Of a DNA stretch of 64,000 nucleotides, positions 31,320 to 39,483 are shown in pieces. Under the pieces are notes generated by a model. It was not told the origin of the DNA, made no database searches, and saw only the letters and a program-made list of their open reading frames with translations. The DNA is from a virus. Its lineage: Duplodnaviria > Caudoviricetes. The stretch lies in the IMG/VR virus record IMGVR_UViG_3300028591_000003, positions 32,001-96,000 of that record. One strand, written 5' to 3'. Position numbers and translations under genes: made by a program. Within the stretch, counting starts at the first letter, position 1. The number at the start of each line of letters is the position of its first letter.

Positions 31320-31702
31320 AACAAATTTAATTCATGTAACTTTAATATCATTTCGTAGCAAGCATCAACGGGATTTTTGGAATAAGGAATTAATACAATA
31401 TCTTTATATTCGATGTAATAATAATATCCATTATATCCATCCTCCGCTTTAATTTTTTCAACCTTAAGAGGAATACCATTTATTTCTGGTAAAAAATCAA
31501 GTAATGCTGCAAGTGACCAACAAGGAATAAAAATGTAACAACATTCAGGTTCTTCAAATCCATCCTTAACAAATGGAAAATTACTAACTTTGCTACCATC
31601 TTTTTTTAAGAACATATATTCCATATCAGCACTCTCAATTGGCAATATCTCTGCCAACTTCTTTGACTGCTCTAAGTCTGTATAAGATTTAATTGTTGAC
31701 AT
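31316..31702 (-). CDS. paralog family A
   Basis: KSYTDLEQSKKLAEILPIESADM, PCWSLAALL. Confidence 0.8.
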   Translation of the reverse strand: MSTIKSYTDLEQSKKLAEILPIESADMEYMFLKKDGSKVSNFPFVKDGFEEPECCYIFIPCWSLAALLDFLPEINGIPLKVEKIKAEDGYNGYYYYIEYKDIVLIPYSKNPVDACYEMILKLHELNLL

Positions 31703-32212
31703 AATTACTTATTTTAATTACTAATTCAATATCATAATTATCACTGACTAACATTTCGGCATTACGTTCAAGACATCGACATTGTATTTTAAATATTTCT
31801 ATTTTTTCTTCTCTTGTTAAATTAATTATTGCCATAGTCAATCGTATTTTTTATCTGAACAATATTTGCCTCTACATCTATCTTGACAAAAATGCCAATG
31901 CTTACAGAACTCTGAACATATATGGTCCATACCTGCATCACTTGAACATAATATATTGATATTATTAATACTTACAATAGTTATGCAGGGTCTTATATAT
32001 TTTTTAATTGTCGTCATAATTATTTCTCTTTTAAATCCATTGTTCTTCTATAAAGTTCTTTGCCTTAACAAGTTCATCCTTTATAAGTGAGACATTAGAG
32101 CCTGTTGATATATTAACATGAGTAAGAAGTAGCACTAACTCATTAAGTTCTTCTTTACTTAGTGTAAGTGTTGTTTCTTCTGTTCCTAGGTTTACTACTG
32201 CTTTTGCCATAG

Positions 32213-32467
32213 TTATTTCTCCTTATCTTTATAAACCACTACACTATCAACTGGAACTCCATCTTTGTAGGTAATTTCAAGAGTAGTTTTATCTTGATAT
32301 ACGTCCATTGCTGTAGGTTCGCAACTTTCTTGACACATCATTACACCACTTGATAAAAGATATGCACCCGTTATACCCAAAAGGAAGGACTGAATATCTC
32401 TATTCGTGACTAGACAAACTAAGCCTATCATTATCATAATTGAACCGATTATAATAAATATTTCCAT
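32213..32467 (-). CDS. membrane protein
   Basis: Two hydrophobic segments. Confidence 0.7.
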   Translation of the reverse strand: MEIFIIIGSIMIMIGLVCLVTNRDIQSFLLGITGAYLLSSGVMMCQESCEPTAMDVYQDKTTLEITYKDGVPVDSVVVYKDKEK

Positions 32468-32480
32468 AACTATTTCTCCT

Positions 32481-32744
32481 TTAATTTCTGCTTTCTATAA
32501 ATACAACCTTACCTTCCCATACTCCATACATGGAACTCTCCTGAAAGACCTTTATCTTTGGTTTATAGTTAGAATCCATTGGTTCTGTGAGATACCATAG
32601 GTTTGATTCTTTCCATGTTGCCTCAATAAGTTTTTGTCCTGGTTCAAGTTTGATGTTTGTAGTTCCACCAATATTACGTGCTACATACTGATCACATCCC
32701 ACCATCAACAATGCTATAAATACTAACAATATCAGTTTCTTCAT
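32481..32744 (-). CDS. putative lipoprotein
   Basis: Lipobox MVGC. Confidence 0.75.
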   Translation of the reverse strand: MKKLILLVFIALLMVGCDQYVARNIGGTTNIKLEPGQKLIEATWKESNLWYLTEPMDSNYKPKIKVFQESSMYGVWEGKVVFIESRN

Positions 32745-32756
32745 TTTATTTTTCTT

Positions 32757-33008
32757 TTAATTACCAATTCTTTTAACAGTTATCACTAAGGTATCTCCAA
32801 TATTAAAATCTGTAGTATCACGGTAAGAATAATCATACCAATTACTACCACCTACTTTAATAAGATTATAGGTGAACTTTTCAGGCCTTTTACTTTTTGA
32901 TATTACTACATATTTTGCTCCGTTAATAATATCCAAACCTTCCATTGTCATATTATCACCACACCCAAACATCAAGACGGCAAGTACTAATAGAATAATC
33001 TTTTTCAT
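32757..33008 (-). CDS. putative lipoprotein
   Basis: Lipobox MFGC. Confidence 0.7.
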   Translation of the reverse strand: MKKIILLVLAVLMFGCGDNMTMEGLDIINGAKYVVISKSKRPEKFTYNLIKVGGSNWYDYSYRDTTDFNIGDTLVITVKRIGN

Positions 33009-33012
33009 AGTC

Positions 33013-33225
33013 TTATTTTTTTAGTTGTTCAATAGTATCTTTGATTATCCATAAAAGAGCCTTACCGTAGTCATTGAGAAGTTTGTCTTCTTTTGGAAGA
33101 ACCTCCTCTATTTCATCAAGCACATAGTTTGCACCTGTCTTATATGCCAAAAATGCAGCATTGTTAGTTACTGGATTTGTTATGTCAGAAGTATATTCTT
33201 CTGCCTTTTCTTTTATACTTTTCAT
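33013..33225 (-). CDS. hypothetical protein
   Basis: 70 aa ORF. Confidence 0.65.
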   Translation of the reverse strand: MKSIKEKAEEYTSDITNPVTNNAAFLAYKTGANYVLDEIEEVLPKEDKLLNDYGKALLWIIKDTIEQLKK

Positions 33226-33266
33226 ACGCTTTATTTCTTTAGTAGTTCAAATTTTCACTTAATTTA

Positions 33267-33312
33267 TAAAAAAAGAAAGGGAGTCCAATGGAAAACTCCA
33301 CCGAACTCCCTT
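33267..33312 (-). terminator. intrinsic terminator at end of RNA array
   Basis: AAGGGAGT...ACTCCCTT followed by TCTTTTTTT. Confidence 0.55.
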
Positions 33313-33323
33313 AAAAATCTATG

Positions 33324-33397
33324 TACATAGGGTAGGATTCGAACCTACGAAAGCTAGTTTGTAATACTAGATGCTTAAACCACTTGCATACCTATGC
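33324..33397 (-). tRNA. trnV: tRNA-Val(TAC)
   Basis: CTAGT-ATTACAA-ACTAG. Confidence 0.88.
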
Positions 33398-33403
33398 GTT
33401 AAG

Positions 33404-33516
33404 AGAGATACTTTATAATAATCAATGCAGGATTTGAACCTGCTACTTCAATTTTAACAAAATTGCGCTCTATCCATATGAGCTAATCGATCAAAATCAG
33501 TGTTGTAAGTATCTCT
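33404..33516 (-). ncRNA. ACUUACAA-module RNA: tRNA(GTT) cloverleaf enclosed by module stem
   Basis: AGAGATACTT-ACAACA...cloverleaf...AAGTATCTCT. Confidence 0.8.
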
Positions 33517-33735
33517 ATTCTCTAAAACAAATAGCTTCAAATAAAAAAGATGATGTTTACCAGACATCATCTGTTATTTACCAAAAATCTAGAATTTAGT
33601 AAACCTATTAGTTTTCGTCACGCAACCACTAACAAAACTCGTCTCTTCATATGGTCAAGAAATAACCCCGATTTCGCTCTTACATTGCTAAATCTAGTCA
33701 CAAATTCTGTTTTACATCTAGAATTAAGATGGGTG

Positions 33736-33807
33736 CGGTCTATGACGGTTACGATCCGTCCTCACTACTGTGACAGAGTAGTATCCTAACCAATGAACGA
33801 ATAGACC
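33736..33807 (-). tRNA. trnD: tRNA-Asp(GTC)
   Basis: CTACT-CTGTCAC-AGTAG; G73. Confidence 0.9.
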
Positions 33808-33813
33808 ATTATC

Positions 33814-34401
33814 TTATAGATTTATTAAACCTTTTTCTAACATTGCATGATGATTAGGGCATAGCCAAACTAAATTATTTTCATTATTTATTTCTTTAAT
33901 TAAAGTGTCTTCTGAAAATTCTAAAATTCCTTTTATATGATGTACTTCAAGTATTTCATCAAATTCATGATTTTTACAATAAGCACAAACTTTTTCTTTA
34001 TCAGATTTTTCTAATATTTTTCTTGCGTTTTTCCTAATTTCTCCACATTTAGTTGTGAGATATTTTTGTCCTGAAATATAATATCCTAAAGTTTTTTCTC
34101 CTATTGTTCCCCTTTTCTTGTTATAACATTCCAAACATATTTCAGAATGTACATCTTTAGGCTTTCCACATATAGGACAAATCTTATTAGGATTTTTTTC
34201 ATGTATATCTGTTCTGCCTTTGTTAAAGGTTTCAGATTCATTAATTATTCTTCTTCGAGGTAATTCAATTCCTAATTTTCTAGCAACTTTTTTAATATTA
34301 CTTCCAGAACAACCATATCTTCTACCTATTTCTTCATAACTGACTTTTTCTATATTTATAAGTCTTTCTAATTCTTCTTTTTCAGAATCCCATTTTGACA
34401 T
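33814..34401 (-). CDS. free-standing HNH endonuclease (HTH + Zn ribbon + HNH)
   Basis: EEIGRRYGCS HTH; CPIC..CLEC; CAYC..EVHH..NLVWLCPNHH. Confidence 0.9.
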   Translation of the reverse strand: MSKWDSEKEELERLINIEKVSYEEIGRRYGCSGSNIKKVARKLGIELPRRRIINESETFNKGRTDIHEKNPNKICPICGKPKDVHSEICLECYNKKRGTIGEKTLGYYISGQKYLTTKCGEIRKNARKILEKSDKEKVCAYCKNHEFDEILEVHHIKGILEFSEDTLIKEINNENNLVWLCPNHHAMLEKGLINL

Positions 34402-34435
34402 ATTTACAAACGAAGGGTTTTTAATCTTCGTACTA

Positions 34436-34466
34436 TAAATATACATTTTGAGTTCGAAAAATCAAA
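34436..34466 (-). promoter_or_regulatory. sigma-A-like promoter for HNH gene
   Basis: TTTG-N19-TATATTTA. Confidence 0.5.
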
Positions 34467-34519
34467 CTTAAACTTATAAATTTAAGAAATTTTAACAATT
34501 ATAAAATAATACAATTTAG

Positions 34520-35094
34520 TACACCAGGTAGGATTCGAACCTACGACCTACTGCTTCATACTACTCTATGTTGCCATAGCCAAACAATGTCCTATTCTTA
34601 GACGATTAGATTTCCATCCTGCTAGGCATTTCACCACGCATTTTGTTTGTTGTAGTCTGGAATACATTATTACCATATTGAAATCCTTGCAAGTAACTAA
34701 GTCCGTTCATTCCCTTCTCATTTCCATCATTTCTGATTTCTCGGGTGTCTTCTTAGTAATTTCAATTTAGGTATCTCCTCTATACTCTCTACACGTTTAT
34801 AAGAAATAAGTGTCCACTCCTACAACACCTTTCGCTATATAAGCTAATGCTTCCATCATACAATACAATGGTATTTCTTAATTTAGCACGGTATTATCCT
34901 TACACATTATTGATTAGTGTTGTTAATCCTGTACTGATTTAACAGCTTAATGAGCGAATTGTTAACATCATTGCTCACACTCTTAGAAAAAGGACTTCCA
35001 CCGTTTTAGGGAGATTCTACATAGGACTTTCGTGCCCATGCATCCAATTTATTTATAGAAGGCAGTTGCTCTAATCCAGCTGAGCTACTGGTGC
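34520..35094 (-). tRNA. trnR: tRNA-Arg(TCT), exons 35057-35094 and 34520-34556
   Basis: Joined halves give ACTGC-CTTCT|AA-GCAGT. Confidence 0.9.
34557..35056 (-). mobile_element. ORF-less group I intron (500 nt) in tRNA-Arg
   Basis: U|...G| ends; P3 AUCUCC/GGAGAU; P4 ACGGU/ACCGU; homologous to the tRNA-Leu intron. Confidence 0.9.
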
Positions 35095-35098
35095 TTAA

Positions 35099-35163
35099 AA
35101 AGATACTTATTTTTATAACCATCCTATATTTATGTTTTATTAAAAATAGTTGTAAGTATCTTT
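35099..35163 (-). ncRNA. ACUUACAA-module RNA, short form
   Basis: AAAGATACTT-ACAAC...AAGTATCTTT. Confidence 0.7.
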
Positions 35164-35229
35164 ATTAACTCTGGATTATCCAAAAACTCCTCTGTTAGGG
35201 AGAGGTGAGTTAATTACTCCAGTTAATAG

Positions 35230-35305
35230 TGGACCTGGAGGGGCATGATCCCTCAACCTTCTGGTTGCAAACCAGACGTTCTAGCCAAATTAGAACTACA
35301 AGCCC
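35230..35305 (-). tRNA. trnA: tRNA-Ala(TGC)
   Basis: TCTGG-TTTGCAA-CCAGA; G3.U70. Confidence 0.9.
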
Positions 35306-35312
35306 TTAAAAG

Positions 35313-35386
35313 TGCGATCACTGGGACTCGAACCCAGGCCACACGGATTAAAAATCCGTTGCTCTAGCCTACTGAGCTATGGTCGC
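35313..35386 (-). tRNA. trnK: tRNA-Lys(TTT)
   Basis: ACGGA-TTTTTAA-TCCGT. Confidence 0.9.
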
Positions 35387-35589
35387 AACTACCCAAGTAA
35401 ATAAAATTTAAATAGTCATCCATTTTGTTTGCTTTGGGTACTACTAGTTTATACTAGGAATTTAATTGATTACTCTAGTTACTATGTGGTAATCTGGGTT
35501 ATTTTCCCTCTAACACGGATAGCTTTTAAGGTATTAACTATCAGAACTCCTTTTATTCTTTAACGAGTTCAAAGGCTTACTCGGACTAG

Positions 35590-35661
35590 TCATCGGTAAG
35601 GGAATTGAACCCTTCTTGGCAGGTTGAAAACCTGTAGTCCTAACCACTAGACGAACCGACG
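35590..35661 (-). tRNA. trnE: tRNA-Glu(TTC)
   Basis: CAGG-TTTTCAA-CCTG. Confidence 0.9.
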
Positions 35662-35665
35662 ATAC

Positions 35666-35733
35666 AAGATACTTTCAACAACTAACCTAAACAATTTACA
35701 AACTATGAAAGTAATAAAAATTGTAAGTATCTT
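35666..35733 (-). ncRNA. ACUUACAA-module RNA, short form
   Basis: AAGATACTT-ACAAT...AAGTATCTT. Confidence 0.7.
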
Positions 35734-35759
35734 ATATTATAATTATGCCAAAAAAGGAG

Positions 35760-35830
35760 TTGCGGTCGTGTGATTCGAACACCGTTTCAAGGTTATGAGC
35801 CTTGCGAGCTACCATTGCTCCACCACCGCG
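35760..35830 (-). tRNA. trnfM: initiator-type tRNA-fMet(CAT)
   Basis: C1:A72 mismatch; CAAGG-CTCATAA-CCTTG. Confidence 0.8.
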
Positions 35831-36022
35831 ATATTAAAAAAGAATATTTGACATTACATAACGCTCTATGTATTCAATTGTTATGTTCTAAGAGTAATTT
35901 CACTTGTGCACAACTTTATAGTTACTCTCACCGGGTATTATGAGGCTTGATTCGCGAAAAACCCATAACTCTAACGGCAGTCTTTACCTTAGTTAGAGGG
36001 TCTTAAATATTCTTTTATGAGA

Positions 36023-36146
36023 AAGTTACTTAATAAATATTTGCATTAAACCACTATGCTAATCCGCAAACATGGAGCAGATAATGGATTCGAACCACTG
36101 ATACTTTTTTAAGTATAATATTTTTAACTAATATTGTAAGTAACTT
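36023..36146 (-). ncRNA. ACUUACAA-module RNA, circularly permuted tRNA (YrlA-like topology)
   Basis: Module stem, T-arm GGTTCGAATCC, acceptor ATCTGC/GCGGAT closed by a loop, D-arm GCATAGTGGTTTAATGC, closing strand. Confidence 0.82.
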
Positions 36147-36150
36147 ATAG

Positions 36151-36221
36151 TTGGAGATAGAGGAGTCGGACCTCTCTAATCAGGACCAAAATCTGAGGCA
36201 TTACCGCTATGCTAATCTCCA
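36151..36221 (-). tRNA. trnQ: tRNA-Gln(TTG)
   Basis: U1-A72; loop TTTTGGT. Confidence 0.88.
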
Positions 36222-36303
36222 ATTTACTACTACTTTTCATCTCGTGAGTAGCCAACGAGTGTTAAAACAGTTTAAATAGTTTATTAATGTCATCACGACA
36301 TCG

Positions 36304-36884
36304 TACGACAGGCGGGGATCGAACCCGCAAGATCTCTACAGACCTGAGGGATTTTCTTACCACTCTATGTTACCATAGCCAAACAAACACATTTTGTCGT
36401 TTAAAGCCGAGCAAGTTCTTAACTTCCATCTGATTTCACCCTTCAAAGAAGTTAATGCAGGCTTTTGTTTGTTGTGGTCTGGACTGTCTCTTTACCATAT
36501 TGAAATTCTTGCAAGTTCGTGACTTATCTCTATATATTGAGGGTTATCAAAAACCATTTTCTTTTGTCCTTATAAATTTCAACTTAGGTATCTCCCGTTC
36601 AGTCTCTACACGATTATAAGAAAAATATTCCTAAGAATATGGGTTGGGAATCGAACCCAACTTTACGCACCCGTAGGTGCACAGGATACCATTACCTGCC
36701 TACACTTCTTATTTTCGCTCGGTATAGTCCTACACATTATTTGTTAGTGTACAGTATTGGATTAAATTATGCACTGCTTTCACCTCAAGGATTTCCACCG
36801 AATTTAGGAGATTCTACTATGGGATTTCTCGCCATAGCACTCAATTTTCTAAGTCCCTTGTGTACACCATTCCACCACTGTCGC
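36304..36884 (-). tRNA. trnL: tRNA-Leu(TAA), exons 36851-36884 and 36304-36355
   Basis: Joined halves give AGGGA-CTT|AAAA-TCCCT with long variable arm. Confidence 0.9.
36356..36850 (-). mobile_element. ORF-less group I intron (495 nt) in tRNA-Leu anticodon
   Basis: U|...G|; P1 ACUU|A / UGAGU; R element AGAGACUG; S element AAGAGACAGUCC. Confidence 0.92.
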
Positions 36885-36886
36885 AT

Positions 36887-36968
36887 TTGAGATACTTAAA
36901 TTTATCTTTTACCAACACGTTGTTCCTATATTTATGTTTAATTAAATAAATATTTATAAGTATCTCAA
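36887..36968 (-). ncRNA. ACUUA(C/U)AA-module RNA, short form
   Basis: TTGAGATACTT-ATAAAT...AAGTATCTCAA. Confidence 0.7.
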
Positions 36969-37022
36969 GATGAACGTAAATAAATTTATTACTTAATTTT
37001 TAAAATCTATAGTTAAAAGATG

Positions 37023-37247
37023 TTAAATCAGTTTAGATAGATTCTGTTTTATGCTAGCGATTTCAGTCTTTAATCGTTCACATTCTTCATTATAACTACG
37101 TCCTTTATGATAGATAGTTCTACCATTTCGTGTTGAAGTCCAAGGTTTCTTGTCTTCACCAGCAGCTTTAAATTTTTCGTAAACTACTTCCAACCTTTGT
37201 AGTGCCATTCTTCTACGGACTACAATATTTCCTTTTCCTTTTGACAT
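37023..37247 (-). CDS. basic hypothetical protein
   Basis: 74 aa ORF. Confidence 0.65.
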   Translation of the reverse strand: MSKGKGNIVVRRRMALQRLEVVYEKFKAAGEDKKPWTSTRNGRTIYHKGRSYNEECERLKTEIASIKQNLSKLI

Positions 37248-37250
37248 ATT

Positions 37251-37550
37251 TTAAAAATGTTTTGTTATTAATTTATAAGAATAGTTATCAAATTTTCTCA
37301 TACATTTAGATTCAAATTTAAAAACTTTCTTAATTTCTTCTTCACTCATTCTAACAGACATATGTACTCTGTAAAATTTATCCCAAGAAAAAAGTCTATG
37401 TTTTATGACTTTAAATTTAATATTGTATCCATTCTCTTTAAAAATATCTGGAATAGAGAAAAGCATTCTGTCTTTAATAGAGTAATTCGGATTAGTCCCG
37501 ATATAATCGTAATAATCCTGAACTGTAAAAGCAATTCTATATTTTTCCAT
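37251..37550 (-). CDS. hypothetical protein
   Basis: 99 aa ORF. Confidence 0.65.
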   Translation of the reverse strand: MEKYRIAFTVQDYYDYIGTNPNYSIKDRMLFSIPDIFKENGYNIKFKVIKHRLFSWDKFYRVHMSVRMSEEEIKKVFKFESKCMRKFDNYSYKLITKHF

Positions 37551-37798
37551 TAAATATATTCTATGATCGTTGTTACTTTTTTAATTTCTATAGTATATTC
37601 TATAATAGTATGAAAATAATCATTATCTGGATAAGTATCATATTTATACTTATGAGTTTTAATGATTTCTTCAATATCATCTTCTTTAGGATTTAGTTTT
37701 TCCCATAAAGGAGCAAATTGTTGTTTAAAATAACGATGTCTCCATAATTGGAAATTATCATCATTAATACATTTAACAAAATATTCAACTTTTTCCAT
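37550..37798 (-). CDS. hypothetical protein
   Basis: 82 aa ORF; AACAATATG start context. Confidence 0.7.
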   Translation of the reverse strand: MEKVEYFVKCINDDNFQLWRHRYFKQQFAPLWEKLNPKEDDIEEIIKTHKYKYDTYPDNDYFHTIIEYTIEIKKVTTIIEYI

Positions 37799-38076
37799 AT
37801 TGTTTGTTGTTTGTTTAAAAATAAGAAGTGCGTTTCACAACGGACTTCTTTCTTGTAGATGAAAAGCCACTGCTTCTCCATAAATTTTAAAAATTTGAAT
37901 TAGTTCTATTATGATTTTCAATTACATTTTCAAAAAATTTTTCACTATCCTCACTTCCTTTAGAATCTAATCGCAGAACTTTCGACCTTAGAAGATATAC
38001 CAACGTACCCACCCAGGTTGAATAGGAAAACCACACTATTTTTAACGCGTATATTATTAGTGTGTAAAATAAATAG

Positions 38077-38209
38077 TCGGGGGACCAGGAATCGAACCTG
38101 GGACTTAGATTTATGAAATCCTTATTTTATTATGCTTTAAGATGTTGTAGGTATCAAAATGATACTAATGCTTTTATTTTCTTACATGTTACCACTACAC
38201 CATCCCCCA
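38077..38209 (-). ncRNA. tRNA scaffold with module in anticodon-arm position
   Basis: GGGGGA/TCCCCC acceptor, D-arm, TAAGA[..GTATC-ATTTT-GATAC-CTACAACA]TCTTA, T-arm CCAGG-TTCGATT-CCTGG. Confidence 0.78.
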
Positions 38210-38218
38210 TATAATAAA

Positions 38219-38350
38219 TCGGAAGGAGAGTTGGACTCGAACCAACAACACTTTGTTTAATAGACAAATACTCTAACCTCTTGAATTTATTAAATTATAA
38301 GTAACTCACGAAATTACTAGAATCAATTTTTATGTTGAGTTATCCGGCCA
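38219..38350 (-). ncRNA. tRNA(ATT)-like scaffold with module in D-loop
   Basis: ACTC..[AGTAATT-TCGTG-AGTTACT-TATAAT]..GGTTAGAGT; TTTGT-CTATTAA-ACAAA; T-arm; degenerate acceptor. Confidence 0.75.
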
Positions 38351-38496
38351 ATTTAATCCAAACTCTGTACAGAAACAGTTTCTTTCTTCATTATAGGTGC
38401 GTGTTATCCTAATTTTTACAGATTCAATGAAACTACCTACGTTTAGTTACATTATATCTGACCGCCAATTTCAATATCGCTGTTAGTTTGGATTAG

Positions 38497-38613
38497 TGGA
38501 GGGAGCAGGAATCGAACCTACATTATAGTCATTTTACGCATGATTAGAAATTTACTATGATTGAATGGTAAGTATCATATGATACTCGTCGTTACCAATA
38601 TTTCAATCCCTCC
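38497..38613 (-). ncRNA. tRNA scaffold with module in D-loop
   Basis: GGAGGGA/TCCCTCC-A; GAAAT[..GG..AGTATC-ATAT-GATACT-TACCAT..]ATTTC; T-arm. Confidence 0.75.
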
Positions 38614-38688
38614 AAATTAAAATTAGTAATCTATCTTCACAGACCAATTACTACTGTCAAACCTTAAAAAACATAACAAATTATGCAG

Positions 38689-38806
38689 CGGGGAGTACAA
38701 GAGTCGAACTTGCACTTCTGGAAAATCCCAGAAATTATGAAAGATGTTTTTGTAAGTAATAATTTACTACTCAACATAATCGGGCTTAACCATGCCCAAA
38801 CTCCCC
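38689..38806 (-). ncRNA. class-II tRNA scaffold with module replacing the anticodon loop
   Basis: GGGGAGT/ACTCCCC; ATTATG[..AGTAGTA-AAT-TATTACT-TACAAA..]CATAAT; long variable arm; T-arm. Confidence 0.8.
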
Positions 38807-38810
38807 TAAT

Positions 38811-38916
38811 TAAGATACTAGAAAATACATCTTGGAATCGAACCAAGTACACTCGGCGTTACGGCTGATGCTCTAACCAAATGAGCTAATGTGGTTATAT
38901 TATTGTAAGTATCTTA
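38811..38916 (-). ncRNA. ACUUACAA-module RNA enclosing a degenerate cloverleaf
   Basis: TAAGATACT-TACAATA..D-arm GCTCATTTGGTTAGAGC..T-arm CTTGG-TTCGATT-CCAAG..AGTATCTTA. Confidence 0.8.
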
Positions 38917-38974
38917 TTCGTCTCAAATAAAGAAATTATGATGCAGTTTTTCTTTTATCTGATGCACATCTAAA

Positions 38975-39367
38975 TCATTTTATACTATCATTTTTATTAA
39001 TAGACCAACTATCTACCCATTTGTCTAAAGCTTTTATACATTTATCTGGAAGTTGTTTTGCAGTTGGATTTGATTTAACATAATCAATAGTTCCACCAAC
39101 TCCATAAATAAGAAGTGCTTGATTTGTTGTAGGAATAAATATTTCTCCTAGACAGCAAACAAAGAAAATAGGTATTGTAAACCTAAGAATTTTAATTGAC
39201 AATTTTTGATACATTTTGTATTCAGTACGTTGGTCCTCAACTTCATTGCAATAGTTTACTAAATATACTATAAAAAATGCTATAGAAAGAATAATACTAG
39301 TAACAAGGAATATTGTTAAAACAGTACTGATTGAATCAAATCTTGTAATCCAATAAATTTCATTCAT
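38975..39367 (-). CDS. two-TM membrane protein
   Basis: YWITRFD, two hydrophobic helices, FIPTT. Confidence 0.78.
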   Translation of the reverse strand: MNEIYWITRFDSISTVLTIFLVTSIILSIAFFIVYLVNYCNEVEDQRTEYKMYQKLSIKILRFTIPIFFVCCLGEIFIPTTNQALLIYGVGGTIDYVKSNPTAKQLPDKCIKALDKWVDSWSINKNDSIK

Positions 39368-39386
39368 ATTATTAAATTTGTTTAAA

Positions 39387-39452
39387 AGGATACTAAAAAT
39401 GTCCCAATTAAAAGTTAGGTGCTTACTAGCAATTTAGTATTATAAGTATCCT
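39387..39452 (-). ncRNA. ACUUA(C/U)AA-module RNA, short form
   Basis: AGGATACT-TATAATA...AGTATCCT. Confidence 0.65.
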
Positions 39453-39483
39453 ATTTATTATGAAAGTAATTATTATAAAGTAA

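Noticed and set aside
21250-33225. Diversity-generating retroelement as the cause of the repeats
   Set aside because: No reverse transcriptase in the window and no near-identical TR/VR pair with adenine-specific differences seen.
13913-35305. AUC-type T-loops in Thr, CAT, Asp and Ala tRNAs as a novelty
   Set aside because: This is a compensated A54/U58 swap that I recall also occurs in Bacteroidota host tRNAs; probably a lineage feature (not verified here).
38077-38806. Inserts as classical tRNA introns, or loci as decayed tRNA pseudogenes
   Set aside because: Too short for self-splicing introns, no clear bulge-helix-bulge, and the same module recurs at different positions with mostly intact stems.
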